Below, one piece after another: positions 39,726 through 50,704 of a DNA stretch of 64,000 nt (positions within the stretch are counted from its first letter, which is position 1; the number at the start of each line of letters is the position of its first letter). The DNA is taken from positions 32,001 through 96,000 of the forward strand of contig CAVTUQ010000039.1 of NCBI GenBank assembly GCA_963737905.1, read 5' to 3'. The translations under genes were made by a program, and so were the position numbers. The notes beneath the pieces were generated by a model, which was not told the DNA's origin, ran no database searches, and saw nothing but the letters and a program-made list of their open reading frames with translations. This DNA is from an uncultured delta proteobacterium (GTDB taxonomy: Bacteria > Desulfobacterota > Binatia > UBA9968).

Positions 39726-41165
39726 ATGACCACCGCAGTTTCAAATATTCGCCCTGAACCAGATCCAATCATGGTCGATATTGCCGACTATGCAGCGAAC
39801 TATATTCCCGAGAGTAAGGAAGCCATCGATACCGCGCGCTACTGCTTCATGGACGCTTTGGGCTGCGGTCTGCTGGCCTTGCGTTTTCCGGAATGCGCCA
39901 AGCATCTAGGACCCATCGTCCCCGGGGCACTGTTAATCAACGGCGCTCGCATTCCAGGAACCGAATGGCAACTCGAACCGGTTCACGCCGCTTTTAACAT
40001 CGGCGCGATGATTCGTTGGCTCGACTTCAACGATACCTGGCTCGCCGCCGAATGGGGGCATCCGTCGGATAATCTGGGCGGCATCCTGGCTTTGTCGGAT
40101 TATCTGTGCAGAACCAAACAGAAATCGCTCACCATTGGCGATGTTCTTCATTCCATGATCAAGGCGCACGAGATTCAGGGAGTTCTCGCCCTCGAAAACA
40201 GCTTCAATCGCGTGGGACTCGACCACGTTCTTTTAGTCAGGGTCGCCACCGCTGCCGTGACCGGCGCCTTGCTTGGCGGTAACAAAGAACAAATCATCAG
40301 CGCCATCGCCAACGCCTGGACTGATGGCGGGAGTTTGCGCGTCTATCGCCACGCTCCCAACACAGGCCCGCGTAAGTCCTGGGCCGCGGGAGACGCCACG
40401 AGCCGTGGCGTCCGGTTGGCACTTATGGCACTCCGGGGAGAAATGGGTTATCCGTCGGCGCTATCGGCAAAGACCTGGGGATTTTACGATGTCCTCTTTC
40501 ATGGAAAAGCCTTGAGCTTACCTCGCCCGTTGGCTTCCTATGTCATGGAGAACGTCCTGTTCAAAATCTCCTTCCCGGCGGAATTTCACGCGCAGACGGC
40601 GGTGGAGTGCGCTATCAAGCTACATGAACAGGTAAAGAACCGGCTCGAACAGATCGAAAGGGTGATGATCATCACCCAGGAGTCGGCGATCCGGATTATC
40701 GACAAGACCGGCCCGCTGCACAATCCAGCGGACCGCGACCATTGTATTCAGTACATGACCGCAGTCGGATTGATCTTCGGCGAGCTCACGGCGGATCATT
40801 ACGAAGATAAGTTCGCCCGAGATTCACGCATCGATAGCTTACGCGACAAGATGGTCATCATAGAGGACGCCCGTTACTCGGAGGATTATCTCGACCCCGA
40901 TAAGCGCTCCATCGCCAACGCAGTCCAGGTTTTTTTCAAAGACGGATCGGTTACCGAAAAAATCGCCGTCGAGTATCCCATCGGTCACCGGCGACGCCGC
41001 GCGGAAGGTATTCCCCTTTTGGTAAAGAAGTTTAAATCAAATCTAGATTCGCGCCTGGCACCGCCATGGAGCCAAAAAATTCTCGATCTTTGTCTGGAGC
41101 CGCCAAAGTTGCAAGCCACTCCCGTGGATCAATTCTTGGACATGTTTACTGTCCAATTTGCATGA
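39726..41165 (+). CDS. prpD: 2-methylcitrate dehydratase
   Basis: [50 protein letters not shown]. Confidence 0.96.
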   Translation: MTTAVSNIRPEPDPIMVDIADYAANYIPESKEAIDTARYCFMDALGCGLLALRFPECAKHLGPIVPGALLINGARIPGTEWQLEPVHAAFNIGAMIRWLDFNDTWLAAEWGHPSDNLGGILALSDYLCRTKQKSLTIGDVLHSMIKAHEIQGVLALENSFNRVGLDHVLLVRVATAAVTGALLGGNKEQIISAIANAWTDGGSLRVYRHAPNTGPRKSWAAGDATSRGVRLALMALRGEMGYPSALSAKTWGFYDVLFHGKALSLPRPLASYVMENVLFKISFPAEFHAQTAVECAIKLHEQVKNRLEQIERVMIITQESAIRIIDKTGPLHNPADRDHCIQYMTAVGLIFGELTADHYEDKFARDSRIDSLRDKMVIIEDARYSEDYLDPDKRSIANAVQVFFKDGSVTEKIAVEYPIGHRRRRAEGIPLLVKKFKSNLDSRLAPPWSQKILDLCLEPPKLQATPVDQFLDMFTVQFA

Positions 41166-41199
41166 TCGTCCCAAGATTCGAATAATCTGGAGAAACAAC

Positions 41200-42081
41200 A
41201 TGAATTCAAGGCAAGTGCTTACACAGCTGCTCAAGCGTGACAAACTCTTGGTTGCCCCGGGTTGTTTCGACGGGCTATCCGCTCGTCTCGTAGAGGAGGC
41301 CGGTTTCGAGGCTGTTTACTTGAGCGGCGGCGCGCTCGCTCGCAGCATGGGAATACCCGACATCGGGTTGGTCACCATGTCCGAGGTGATCGAGAGGACG
41401 GGGCAAGTCGTTTCCGCAGTGCGGATACCCGTTATCGCTGACGCCGATACCGGTTATGGCAACGCCGTCAATCTGGTTCGGACGGTTCGAGAGTTCGAAC
41501 GCACCGGAGTGGCGGCCATTCATATCGAAGATCAGATCACGCCGAAACGCTGCGGTCATCTAGACGGCAAAGAGGTCATCCCGCTTGCCGAAATGGAAAA
41601 AAAATTGACAGCCGCGTTAGCCCGCCGCACGGATCCCGACTTTTGCATCATCGCGCGAACCGATGCGCGCGGTGTGCATGGCTTTGACGACGCCATCGAG
41701 AGAGGCCGGGCCTTTGCCCAACTGGGCGTGGATGCGGTGTTTGTCGAAGCGCCACAGTCGGAAGCGGAATTGGAAGAAATCCCCCGAGCCCTTCCCCAGA
41801 TCCCGCTGCTAGTCAACGTGTTCAAAGGCGGGAAAACCCCCATGCTTCCGGTCCAACGACTGCAGCAAATGGGATACCGGATTGCGATCTACCCGTCTGA
41901 AACCCAGAGAGCCGGCATCCACGCTATGCGAATGGCGCTCGGGTTGCTCAAACAAGAGGGTACGACTGAAGCGATGGACGCGGCGCTGACGACGTTCAAG
42001 GAGCGCGATCAAATCGTTGGCCTCGATGATTGGCAAAGACTCGAACGGCGGTACATGGCCGTTGACGGAGAGAAGTCGTAG
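41200..42081 (+). CDS. prpB: Isocitrate lyase/PEP mutase family enzyme, probable 2-methylisocitrate lyase
   Basis: DADTGYGN, IEDQ..PKRCGH, IIARTDA; follows prpC and prpD. Confidence 0.75.
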   Translation: MNSRQVLTQLLKRDKLLVAPGCFDGLSARLVEEAGFEAVYLSGGALARSMGIPDIGLVTMSEVIERTGQVVSAVRIPVIADADTGYGNAVNLVRTVREFERTGVAAIHIEDQITPKRCGHLDGKEVIPLAEMEKKLTAALARRTDPDFCIIARTDARGVHGFDDAIERGRAFAQLGVDAVFVEAPQSEAELEEIPRALPQIPLLVNVFKGGKTPMLPVQRLQQMGYRIAIYPSETQRAGIHAMRMALGLLKQEGTTEAMDAALTTFKERDQIVGLDDWQRLERRYMAVDGEKS

Positions 42082-42163
42082 TATCCTTAGGCTCGCCCAT
42101 TCGGAACCTTCGAGAAGTTCCTTAGCCTCTCGATGAGAATTTCCAGCCAACCCAAAGAGGATC

Positions 42164-42451
42164 CTAAATCGCATAAATATGAACCGAATCTTCCCCCGGC
42201 GCATGTCCGCGTGTAATCAGTTTTACGATGCTTCGGACGTTGCGGCTAACATCCGAGATATCGGCAACGGGAAACCCGTCCTTCACGTACCTCCCGATCA
42301 GCTTCTCATCACCCATACTGACAATCTGGAGAAACTCCCCATCTTCACCTTTGAAGTACCGCTCGGTTCCGGGAGCTGGGCTGTTCAATTCGTTCTGCAA
42401 AGAGGCCGTAATCTTTACACCAACAAACAACCGCTTTCCCGTCTCAGCCAT
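42164..42451 (-). CDS. Hypothetical protein (95 aa)
   Basis: GGGAG RBS; globular composition; no recognised motif. Confidence 0.65.
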   Translation of the reverse strand: MAETGKRLFVGVKITASLQNELNSPAPGTERYFKGEDGEFLQIVSMGDEKLIGRYVKDGFPVADISDVSRNVRSIVKLITRGHAPGEDSVHIYAI

Positions 42452-42640
42452 TGTCGCTTCTCCCTTGGGTACAATTCATAATTTAGCACGGTTGCGTTCT
42501 CTGTAAAGCGACCGGAAGACTCGCAGCGGCGGTGTCCCGTTTGCTTTACCGCTGTGACTAGACATTTTCTTGGCCATGAAATAATGAGTGGTGAGTTGAT
42601 ACCAAAAAACGGTACCCGTAAGAACCAAGGAGTTGTTCAC

Positions 42641-44140
42641 ATGAGCGCATCCATCGCTGTTTTTAACGTTCTGGAAACCACCATTGACGACATTCATGCC
42701 GCCTACAAATCCGGCGAACTCACCGCACGCAGCTTGGTGCAGACGTATCTCGATCGGATCGATGCGTATAACATGCGGGGCCCCGCCATCAACGCGATCA
42801 TCACCCTAAATTCCGAGGCTCTTCAGGAGGCGGATCGCCTTGATAGGGCATTCAAGGCCACCGGTTTTGTCGGTCCGCTGCACGGGATTCCGATTATCAT
42901 CAAGGATCAGGCCGATGCCAAAGGCATGCCGACGACCCTCGGGTCGGTTTTGTTCAAAAACTATTATCCGGATCGAGACGCCTTTGTCGTTGAAAAGCTA
43001 AAAAAAGCCGGCGCCATCATTTTGGCGAAAGCCACCCTGGGTGAGCTCGGCGGCGGCGACACCCATGGCTCCTTGTTCGGCTCAACCCGAAATCCTTACG
43101 ATCCCGAGCGAACCGCCGGAGGCTCCTCCGGCGGTTCCGGGGCAAGCGTCGCAGCAAACTTCTGCACGGTGGCAGTCGGCCAAGAAGGCTTTGCGTCGAT
43201 CCGGCGCCCTGCGACCTGGAACTCGATCGCCGGAATGCGGCCCACGGCCGGGCTTGTGAGTCGCAGCGGAGTCTATGCGGGATGGCCGTCCATCGCCGGA
43301 TCCTTGGGCCCCATGGCACGCACGGTCAAAGACCTGGCCACTCTTTTGGACGTCATGATCGGTTACGATTCGGAGGATCCTCTTACAGCAAGAGGCGTCG
43401 GTCATATCCCCGACAGCTTTACACAGTTGCTCGACAAAAACGGCATGAAAGGAGCACGCATCGGTATCCTGCGCGAGTCGATGGGCTACGACGCAGAGCC
43501 AGGCTCCGAAGACTTCGGTAGAGTCACGGAAGTATTCGACAAAGCCATCGCGGATCTCAAAGCCGCTGGCGCCGAGATCGTCGATCCTATCGTCATTCCA
43601 AAGCTCAAAGTGTTGCTCGCCAAACGCGCGGGAAGCTTCACCGATGAAGAAGAGTCGTTCACAAATTATCTAAGCAGAAGCGCGAAACCCCCATACAGCT
43701 CTCGCGAGGAAGCGAAGAGTTCACCGGATTTTGCCAAAGTCACCAAGCGTTCAAGGGAGCGATGGACAAGAGCCACGGCGGCGACTGCGCATTATGAGTA
43801 TCTCTTGGCACGAGAAGAATTGATGACTTATTTCCTCAAGGTCATGGCCGATTACAAGCTGGACGCCATCGTGCATAAAGCTGTGGAACATCAACCCACC
43901 TTCATCAAAGACGGAGTCAATCCGCCTTTTGTTGACCAAAAAGGCGCGCCGCATATCAACACGTTTCTCGTCTTCGTCCCTTCCATCGTCGTTCCCGCGG
44001 GATTCACCAGCGACAACCTGCCCGCCGGAATCACTTTTCTAGGCCGCCCCTACGATGATGGCAATATGATCAAATTCGCCTACGCCTACGAGCAGGCAAC
44101 CCACCATCGCCACCCACCGGCAAGCACAACCCCGTTATAG
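42641..44140 (+). CDS. Amidase signature family protein
   Basis: GPLHGIP..IKD, TRNPYD..R.AGGSSGGS, SIRRPA, LPAGI.F.GRP. Confidence 0.93.
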   Translation: MSASIAVFNVLETTIDDIHAAYKSGELTARSLVQTYLDRIDAYNMRGPAINAIITLNSEALQEADRLDRAFKATGFVGPLHGIPIIIKDQADAKGMPTTLGSVLFKNYYPDRDAFVVEKLKKAGAIILAKATLGELGGGDTHGSLFGSTRNPYDPERTAGGSSGGSGASVAANFCTVAVGQEGFASIRRPATWNSIAGMRPTAGLVSRSGVYAGWPSIAGSLGPMARTVKDLATLLDVMIGYDSEDPLTARGVGHIPDSFTQLLDKNGMKGARIGILRESMGYDAEPGSEDFGRVTEVFDKAIADLKAAGAEIVDPIVIPKLKVLLAKRAGSFTDEEESFTNYLSRSAKPPYSSREEAKSSPDFAKVTKRSRERWTRATAATAHYEYLLAREELMTYFLKVMADYKLDAIVHKAVEHQPTFIKDGVNPPFVDQKGAPHINTFLVFVPSIVVPAGFTSDNLPAGITFLGRPYDDGNMIKFAYAYEQATHHRHPPASTTPL

Positions 44141-44293
44141 CGGCATCATTATTGACGAAGCACGGACCTGATACCCCCCGGAGCCCGGTAGGCTCTGTGT
44201 TGGAAACCGCGGCAATTTTAGGAGCTGAACCAGTTCTTGTAGTGTTTCCCATCTTAATTAGATATAGTGCTTGTGTTTGGATAGGGCCTCCAC

Positions 44294-44602
44294 ATGAAGC
44301 TTACCCTAAGCGTTTTCCTCGCCATCGCGCTCCTTGTCACCGGCGTGCCGCAGGCCTCTTGTACCGAAAACAGCCCCAAGATTGCGGCCTACGCTGGAAT
44401 TGCGAACAGATCGATGTTTCAGGAAACCCCGGACAATTATATTGATGATCGGATTTTCGTATCTTTTTCATTAGCTTCTGCAGCGCGTTTAACTGATCCT
44501 TTCCCCATCGCCGCCTTTTTTAACTGGCAAGCCTGGGAAGAAAAAACCCTAATCAAAAAATATTTCAAAATCTACAAACTTACCTCCGCCTATCTTATTT
44601 AG
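44294..44602 (+). CDS. Secreted leader-type protein ending IYKLTSAYLI
   Basis: Signal peptide; C-terminus resembles those of the two copper-operon leaders. Confidence 0.55.
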   Translation: MKLTLSVFLAIALLVTGVPQASCTENSPKIAAYAGIANRSMFQETPDNYIDDRIFVSFSLASAARLTDPFPIAAFFNWQAWEEKTLIKKYFKIYKLTSAYLI

Positions 44603-44739
44603 AATCCGCTTTCGCTTCACTGGGTATTTTTATCCGCCCGGCACGAAGCCGAACGCCAAGATTCAGACTCGCATACGGCTTCGCTCACTAGGGCCGGTTC
44701 GATATTCAAACGGCCTGTGCTTTTACCAGGAGACTAAAA

Positions 44740-44844
44740 ATGGAAGATTTTCCAATTTGGCTAAAAATTACTATCTATGCCACCATCGGCTTGACGGTTT
44801 TATATACTGCGTGGGGCATCATTCATTCGATGTTGCAGTCCTGA
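44740..44844 (+). CDS. Small single-TM protein (34 aa)
   Basis: Manual translation: MEDFPIWLKITIYATIGLTVLYTAWGIIHSMLQS; CAGGAG RBS. Confidence 0.6.
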   Translation: MEDFPIWLKITIYATIGLTVLYTAWGIIHSMLQS

Positions 44845-44924
44845 TTCCAACCCTATACGTAGGCGATCCCGGCGGGAGTCAGCAGCGAATCTCCCGCCGG
44901 GAGCAAATTCATGCCGAGGAACGG

Positions 44925-45251
44925 ATGAAATTCTATCGATTGTATAGCGGCGACGACGGACAATCCCATTTCGAACAGCTTGATTCAAGCCAATCATCCG
45001 AATTCTTCAACGCCACGCGCCCCGCCAAGGGACTCCTCTTTAGAAACGATTTCGCTCCGCATATCGTCAATTGGCATCGGGCCCCATGGCGCCGCTGGGT
45101 GATTACAATATCCGGGAGTGTCGATATCGGCCTCGGCGACGGCTCTCGTATGACTTTTGCTCCCGGCGACGTATTTCTTGCCGAAGACACTACCGGCCAG
45201 GGCCACACGGCAACACCTCGCGATTGGGTCAGAGCCTACGTGGACGTTTGA
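44925..45251 (+). CDS. Cupin-like protein
   Basis: RLYSGDDGQSHF, WHRAP.R.WVI, GDVFLAEDTTGQGH. Confidence 0.8.
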   Translation: MKFYRLYSGDDGQSHFEQLDSSQSSEFFNATRPAKGLLFRNDFAPHIVNWHRAPWRRWVITISGSVDIGLGDGSRMTFAPGDVFLAEDTTGQGHTATPRDWVRAYVDV

Positions 45252-45349
45252 TAGTCCGTGTCCGCGGCTAACTCGTTCAGCCTTTGGCTCGTCCTTTGAC
45301 TTTACAAAACTCACAGTGTTAGTTTCCCCTTGTTTCTGAGGAAAAAGCA

Positions 45350-46357
45350 ATGGGCAGAAAATGCTTGATGATCGTTTTTGCCTTGGCGACGCTGGTCGCT
45401 TTGGGCAAATTAGGTTTCGCGCAAGACAAAATTCTTATCTCCTATGGGGGATTCAACGAGACCGCTGGACCCTTGTGGGTCGGGACGGAAAAAGGCTTTT
45501 TTAAAAAATACGGTTTGGACGTCAGTGCGATTCAAGTCCGCAACGGCCAAGTCAGTTTATCCGCATTGATGTCGGGAGATGTCCAGGCTTTTTGGCCCGC
45601 CATTTCCTCGGTCTTGAGCGGCGTCTCCGGGGGAGCGAAAATCGGCTGCGTCGCGTCGCCTTTCAATAGGATAGCGCGAGAGCTCATCGTGCGGAAGGAG
45701 ATCGATTCTCTCGCGGCCCTCCGGGAAAAGGTCTTCGGGGTGCAGAGCATCGGTGGAGGATTCTGGCTGCAGACGATGATCGTTTTGGACCGGCTGGGTG
45801 TAGACCCCGAGAAGAACAAGCTGCAGATGCGAGTGATCGGCGATGAACCGACGATTCTTCAGGCCCTTCTCGCATCGAACATTGACGCTGCGGTGATCAC
45901 CTTCGCCTCCGCAGCGGTTGCAAAAAGGGCCGGCCTTCGTTCGCTGGCAAACACGGCGAATCTCAAGGTTCCTTACCAAGGAGTCGGCATTTGCACGCGC
46001 AGCGATCGGGTTGTCAATTCTCCGGACGTCATCCTGCGTCTGGCAAAAGGAATGATCGAAACGGTGGCCTTCAGTCAAGACCCGCGCAATAAGCGCGAAG
46101 TCATGGCGGTACTCAAGAAAAACCTTCGCTTGAGCTCTGACGCGGACGCCGAGAAATCATACGATTCGCTCCGTATGGTGTCGACTCTCGACGTCGCACC
46201 CGACCCGGAGGCATGGAAGAATATTCAAAGGCTCGTCTCCCGGGTGACTCCGAAGGTCGCGCAGCTAGATGTCAATCAGATTATTAATGTTGGCTTCGTG
46301 AAGACACTTGAAGAAAACGGCTTCTTGCCTGAGACGAGAAAGAAGCTGGGACAATGA
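45350..46357 (+). CDS. NitT/TauT-family substrate-binding protein
   Basis: Signal peptide, PLWV..EKGFFKKYGLD; no permease nearby. Confidence 0.85.
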   Translation: MGRKCLMIVFALATLVALGKLGFAQDKILISYGGFNETAGPLWVGTEKGFFKKYGLDVSAIQVRNGQVSLSALMSGDVQAFWPAISSVLSGVSGGAKIGCVASPFNRIARELIVRKEIDSLAALREKVFGVQSIGGGFWLQTMIVLDRLGVDPEKNKLQMRVIGDEPTILQALLASNIDAAVITFASAAVAKRAGLRSLANTANLKVPYQGVGICTRSDRVVNSPDVILRLAKGMIETVAFSQDPRNKREVMAVLKKNLRLSSDADAEKSYDSLRMVSTLDVAPDPEAWKNIQRLVSRVTPKVAQLDVNQIINVGFVKTLEENGFLPETRKKLGQ

Positions 46358-46415
46358 AACTAAAGAAACGGAGTGTGAGCGAATCCCCAACGACTCATTG
46401 AATGGAGGACGGACT

Positions 46416-48134
46416 ATGCACGGCGGTAAAGCGATGGTTAAGATTTTTGAGCGGGCGGGCGTTGACTACATCTTCTCCTCCCCGGGAACCGAGTGGCCGC
46501 CGGTGTGGGAAGCGTTCGCCGAGTTCCAGGAGCAGGGGATCAATCGGCCACGGTATATTAATTGCCGCCATGAGGCGACGGCGGTCGCCATGGCTTCGGG
46601 CTACACAAAAATAGTCGGCAAACCACAGGCGGTCTTACTCCATGCCACCGCAGGACCCCTGAACGCGGCGATGTTCTTGCGCGCCGCCTATCAGGAGCGG
46701 GTGCCCATGGTAATCTGTTGCGGCGAAACCTCCGCCTTCGGCGAGGACGCCCGACTACCCGACCCCGGCAATCAGTGGATTCATGACCTCACGGACATCG
46801 GTGGCCCGGCGGAATTGCTCCGCCGTTGCGTCAAGTGGTGTGATCGCGTTACTTCTCCGACGATCCTGGTCCAGAGTATTGAGAGGGCGATGCAAATCGC
46901 CGTGGAACCACCCGCGGGGCCGGTGCTGCTGGGCGTGCCCTTTGAGTGCATGCTGGATGAAGTCTCCTTGCCCGAAGACTGCAGAGCGAACCGGGTCGTG
47001 CGCACGTTCGCGATCGACGATCAGGCTATCCAAGAAGCCGTGGAGATGCTCCTGCGCTCGGAGCGGCCGGTTCTCGTGACGGAGCACGTTGGACGGGACT
47101 CCTCCGTCGTGGGCCCCCTCGTCGAGCTTTGCGAATCGTTAGGCATTCCAGTGATGGAATCCTTCCGGCCGGCATTTTTGAATTTTCCTCGAACTCACGC
47201 TCTATATTTACCCTACGATGCTCGTCGCGTGGAATCCGCCGATTTGGTGTTGGTTGCCGACGCTGTGAGTCCCTGGTACCCCGCAAACAAGACACCGAAA
47301 CCCGGCACCAAAGTGGTTTTTTTAGGCGACGAATATCCGTACTCGCGGCTTCCCTTCTGGGGCTACAAGGTCGACTTGGCGCTAGTGGCTCCGCCCGCCG
47401 TAACTTTGGCGCGACTGATCGAGAGGCTCAAGGCATCGGAAGGGTTCGTCGCAAGCAAAGCTAAGTATCAGGAACGATTCCAACAGATCGGAGAAGAACA
47501 TGATAAGCAGGTGGCGTTTCTTCAGCGCGAAGCCATCGAGCACAGCAGCGATATCCCCGTGGATCCCCGTTGGCTGTGCCAGGCGCTCAACGAATCGATT
47601 CCCTCCGACGCAGTGATCGTGGAAGAAACGACAGTGCATCGGACGCTGATTCAGAACATGATCCCCCGCACTCAACCGATGTCGTACATCGCCCGTGTGA
47701 CCGGAGGGTTGGGGGTAAGCCTGGGTTACGCGCTGGGCGTGAAACTCGCCCAAAAAGAACAACCGGTCTTCGTGCTCATCGGCGACGGCGGCTTTCACTA
47801 CAATCCCGTGCCATCGTGTTTAGGGTTGTCTCAGGAATATGATCTACCGATCACTGTGGTTGTCTTCAATAACCAGCGGTATCTCTCCATGGAACGAGGC
47901 CTGCTCAAGTATTATCCGGATGGGGCCGCCAAAAAAACCGGAGTTCACTTTGGCGGCCCCATCATGCCTAATCCCGACTACCGTCTGTACGCGGACATCT
48001 ATGGAGGCTATGGGGTAAGAGTAAAAGATCCTAAAGAAATTCAACCGTCAGTTGATCGAGCCTTGAGACATAATATGTCAGGACGGTTAGCCGTAATCGA
48101 CGTGGTTTTGAGCGATTACTTGCCGAGACAGTGA
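46416..48134 (+). CDS. Thiamine diphosphate-dependent enzyme (acetolactate synthase/decarboxylase family)
   Basis: PGTE, RHE.TAVAMA.GY, GDGGF...VVFNN ThDP motif. Confidence 0.9.
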   Translation: MHGGKAMVKIFERAGVDYIFSSPGTEWPPVWEAFAEFQEQGINRPRYINCRHEATAVAMASGYTKIVGKPQAVLLHATAGPLNAAMFLRAAYQERVPMVICCGETSAFGEDARLPDPGNQWIHDLTDIGGPAELLRRCVKWCDRVTSPTILVQSIERAMQIAVEPPAGPVLLGVPFECMLDEVSLPEDCRANRVVRTFAIDDQAIQEAVEMLLRSERPVLVTEHVGRDSSVVGPLVELCESLGIPVMESFRPAFLNFPRTHALYLPYDARRVESADLVLVADAVSPWYPANKTPKPGTKVVFLGDEYPYSRLPFWGYKVDLALVAPPAVTLARLIERLKASEGFVASKAKYQERFQQIGEEHDKQVAFLQREAIEHSSDIPVDPRWLCQALNESIPSDAVIVEETTVHRTLIQNMIPRTQPMSYIARVTGGLGVSLGYALGVKLAQKEQPVFVLIGDGGFHYNPVPSCLGLSQEYDLPITVVVFNNQRYLSMERGLLKYYPDGAAKKTGVHFGGPIMPNPDYRLYADIYGGYGVRVKDPKEIQPSVDRALRHNMSGRLAVIDVVLSDYLPRQ

Positions 48135-48346
48135 TGACTCTACACAAGAGGGTGTATTATCGACTTCCAGGAGTAGAGTTCCGCCCCGGTGAGCATTATG
48201 TGAACTGCACAAGAAGCGGCTGATGGCGGCGACGACGTACGCCGACATTGCATTAGATTCGCTGCTCCGATAGTTTGACAATCTTACGCCTGTTATCCCC
48301 TCCTTGGGATTTTCCGGCTGCAACAAGCTCAGTTTCAAGGTCTAAA

Positions 48347-49621
48347 GTGCTCGATTCACTCCGTGGACGACTGTCCAATCTCTTTTACGGCTGGCGGATG
48401 ATTGCCGTGGGTTCGACCCTCCGGATCCTAGGAGGCGGCCTCTATTTCTATGGCTTCTCAGTATTCTTTTTACCTCTGAGCCAGGATTTGGGCTTGAGCC
48501 GAGCGGCCACCTCGCTGGTCTTTTCACTAGCGCGCGCACAAGGAGCATTCGAGGGTCCCGTTGCCGGCTATTTTATGGACCGCTTCGGTCCCCGTCCGCT
48601 GATGATCCTGGCAATCACGATGACCAGCGTCGGGCACATGCTGCTCTCTAGCGTCCACAGTTATTTTACTCTCCTCGTGGTCTATATGGGCGTGGTCTCG
48701 CTCTCGTTCCATGCCGGTTTTATGGATGCCCCTATGCTAATCGCCAACACCTGGTTTATACGAAAGCGAACTATGGCGATGGCTCTGGTCAGCGGATCCA
48801 TCGGCATTGGAGGGTTTATCTTTACCCCCTTGCTGTCCGCAGCCGTGCACGCTTGGGGATGGCGGCAAGCTGCGTTCGGATGCGGGGTTGTTTTCCTATT
48901 GATCGGTCTGCCCTTGGCACTCTTTGTCAGGCGCTCGCCGGAAAGCATGGGACTTCGCCCGGACGGCGACCCACCCATGGCGTCGCAAACGCAGTACCTC
49001 AATAAAACCCACGTCGTTGCCCATCAGGAAGTTAATTTTGCTCTCTCCGCCGCCTTGCGCACGTCGTCGTTCTGGCTCCTCACCGCCGCCACCGGGATTC
49101 GCATCGCGATTCTCAGTGCCATCAATGTGCACTACGTTCCGATCATGGTTTGGAAAGGATTTAGCGAACCACGCGCGGCGTTTTTTCTCGCCGCCCAGGC
49201 CTTCATGAGTTTGCCGTCCCATCTGTTATTCGGGTGGATAGCGGACCGGGTCAACAAGCCGCGGCTGATGGCCGCTTGTATGCTAACGGCCATGTGCGCT
49301 GTGCTTGTGCTTATATACGTCGATTCACAATGGGGCATCCTGTCGTTCATTGCGCTTTTTAGCGTGGTGGAATCCACATTTCCGGTATACTGGTCCACCG
49401 TAGGCGATTTTTTCGGGCGACAGAACTTTGCCAAGATTCGCGGTTCCATGAGCTTCATACAGACGTGGGGTGCTGTCCTCGGGCCGGTCATCGCCGGAGC
49501 GATTTACGACACCACCCACAGTTATGAATTCCTGCTCTGGTCAGCCATCGGACTCCTGTTGGTGGCGAGCTGCCTTTACGCCATGGTAGTCAAACCGGCA
49601 ATAGCGTCAACAACGCATTGA
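48347..49621 (+). CDS. MFS transporter (MCT/OFA-like)
   Basis: FYGW N-terminus, G..MDRFGPR motif A, about 12 TM segments. Confidence 0.92.
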   Translation: MLDSLRGRLSNLFYGWRMIAVGSTLRILGGGLYFYGFSVFFLPLSQDLGLSRAATSLVFSLARAQGAFEGPVAGYFMDRFGPRPLMILAITMTSVGHMLLSSVHSYFTLLVVYMGVVSLSFHAGFMDAPMLIANTWFIRKRTMAMALVSGSIGIGGFIFTPLLSAAVHAWGWRQAAFGCGVVFLLIGLPLALFVRRSPESMGLRPDGDPPMASQTQYLNKTHVVAHQEVNFALSAALRTSSFWLLTAATGIRIAILSAINVHYVPIMVWKGFSEPRAAFFLAAQAFMSLPSHLLFGWIADRVNKPRLMAACMLTAMCAVLVLIYVDSQWGILSFIALFSVVESTFPVYWSTVGDFFGRQNFAKIRGSMSFIQTWGAVLGPVIAGAIYDTTHSYEFLLWSAIGLLLVASCLYAMVVKPAIASTTH

Positions 49622-49697
49622 CCAAGTATTCTCTTCGTGGACGTGCGACGGATTCCGTAACCATTACCGGATATCACCGAAATCCGGGCAAATCTCG

Positions 49698-50642
49698 CTA
49701 AAGTCGCCACAGATCACGAAAGCAGATTGCCACCACCTGCTCATAAGGCACCGGGCCGGCGAGATGACCGATGGATTGAGCGAATCGGTTGAGCCCAGCG
49801 ACGGCCTCTTCATAAATGACAGGATCGTAAAAAGTTAAGTCTCGTTGAACGATCGTCGTAATCAGCTCGGCCGCCTCCAGGGGGAACTTGCGCCGCCCCA
49901 CCTCGGCGGCCAGGGTCGGATCTCCGCGCAGGGCTTTTTGTGTTTTTACAATGGCCCTGACCGCAGCAGCGACACTTTCCGCATCACGCTCAATTTGCAC
50001 TTCGGTTGTAGCCAGCCCGGCAAACGTGAAACGGCGGACATCGGCGGGATCATCGCCGCGCCGGACGTCGACGAGGATTTTTCCTACTCCCCGCCGAACC
50101 GCAGTTTCGCCACCCATAGCGTTCGCCCAAAAACCATCGATCTGCCCTTCCTCCAGGGCACGGGCAGCGAATACCCCGAAGGACACATCCCGTCCCTTGG
50201 CCCCCGGCAACTCCACGATCTGAAGATCCCTGTCCGGATCGATCTTTGCGTCGATGAGCATCTGGCGCAGAGCCAGGTCCGGCCCCTCTGCTGCCGTCAG
50301 ACGCAGCCCCTTGACTGCGCTCAGGTCGCCCCGCTGCGCGGCTAGATCAGCTCGGACGACGAGCAACCAAGGGGTCCCCTGCGAGAGTGCGACGACGAGT
50401 TTCGCCCCTTCCCATCGGGGGAATTCCGTCAGGATATCGTGTACCGAGCCGGCGATCATGGCATCCACCGCCCCATTTCGCAGCGCCTTGGTTGCCCCAA
50501 GCATAGGCACCAGCTCGATGTGTGCCTTCAACCCCTCCGCCTTGTAAAAACCCAGCACCTCCGCCGCCAGCGCTGGAAAACAGGTGTTGCTGACGAGATC
50601 TACCGCTGCGATGCGCATCTGCACAGCCATTCTCCTAAACAA
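49698..50642 (-). CDS. NitT/TauT/NMT1-fold protein without an evident signal peptide
   Basis: FPA.AAE.LGFYKAEGL, GLRL, IDPDRDLQIV; no hydrophobic N-terminus. Confidence 0.8.
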   Translation of the reverse strand: MFRRMAVQMRIAAVDLVSNTCFPALAAEVLGFYKAEGLKAHIELVPMLGATKALRNGAVDAMIAGSVHDILTEFPRWEGAKLVVALSQGTPWLLVVRADLAAQRGDLSAVKGLRLTAAEGPDLALRQMLIDAKIDPDRDLQIVELPGAKGRDVSFGVFAARALEEGQIDGFWANAMGGETAVRRGVGKILVDVRRGDDPADVRRFTFAGLATTEVQIERDAESVAAAVRAIVKTQKALRGDPTLAAEVGRRKFPLEAAELITTIVQRDLTFYDPVIYEEAVAGLNRFAQSIGHLAGPVPYEQVVAICFRDLWRL

Positions 50643-50704
50643 CCAAGGGAATAAGCCGAAAGTTAAAACCTGGATCTGACTCCCAACATGTGCCGCATTT
50701 GCCT

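Noticed and set aside
38603-42081. prpC-prpD-prpB cluster as a novel pathway
   Set aside because: It is the standard methylcitrate cycle; only the gene order differs.
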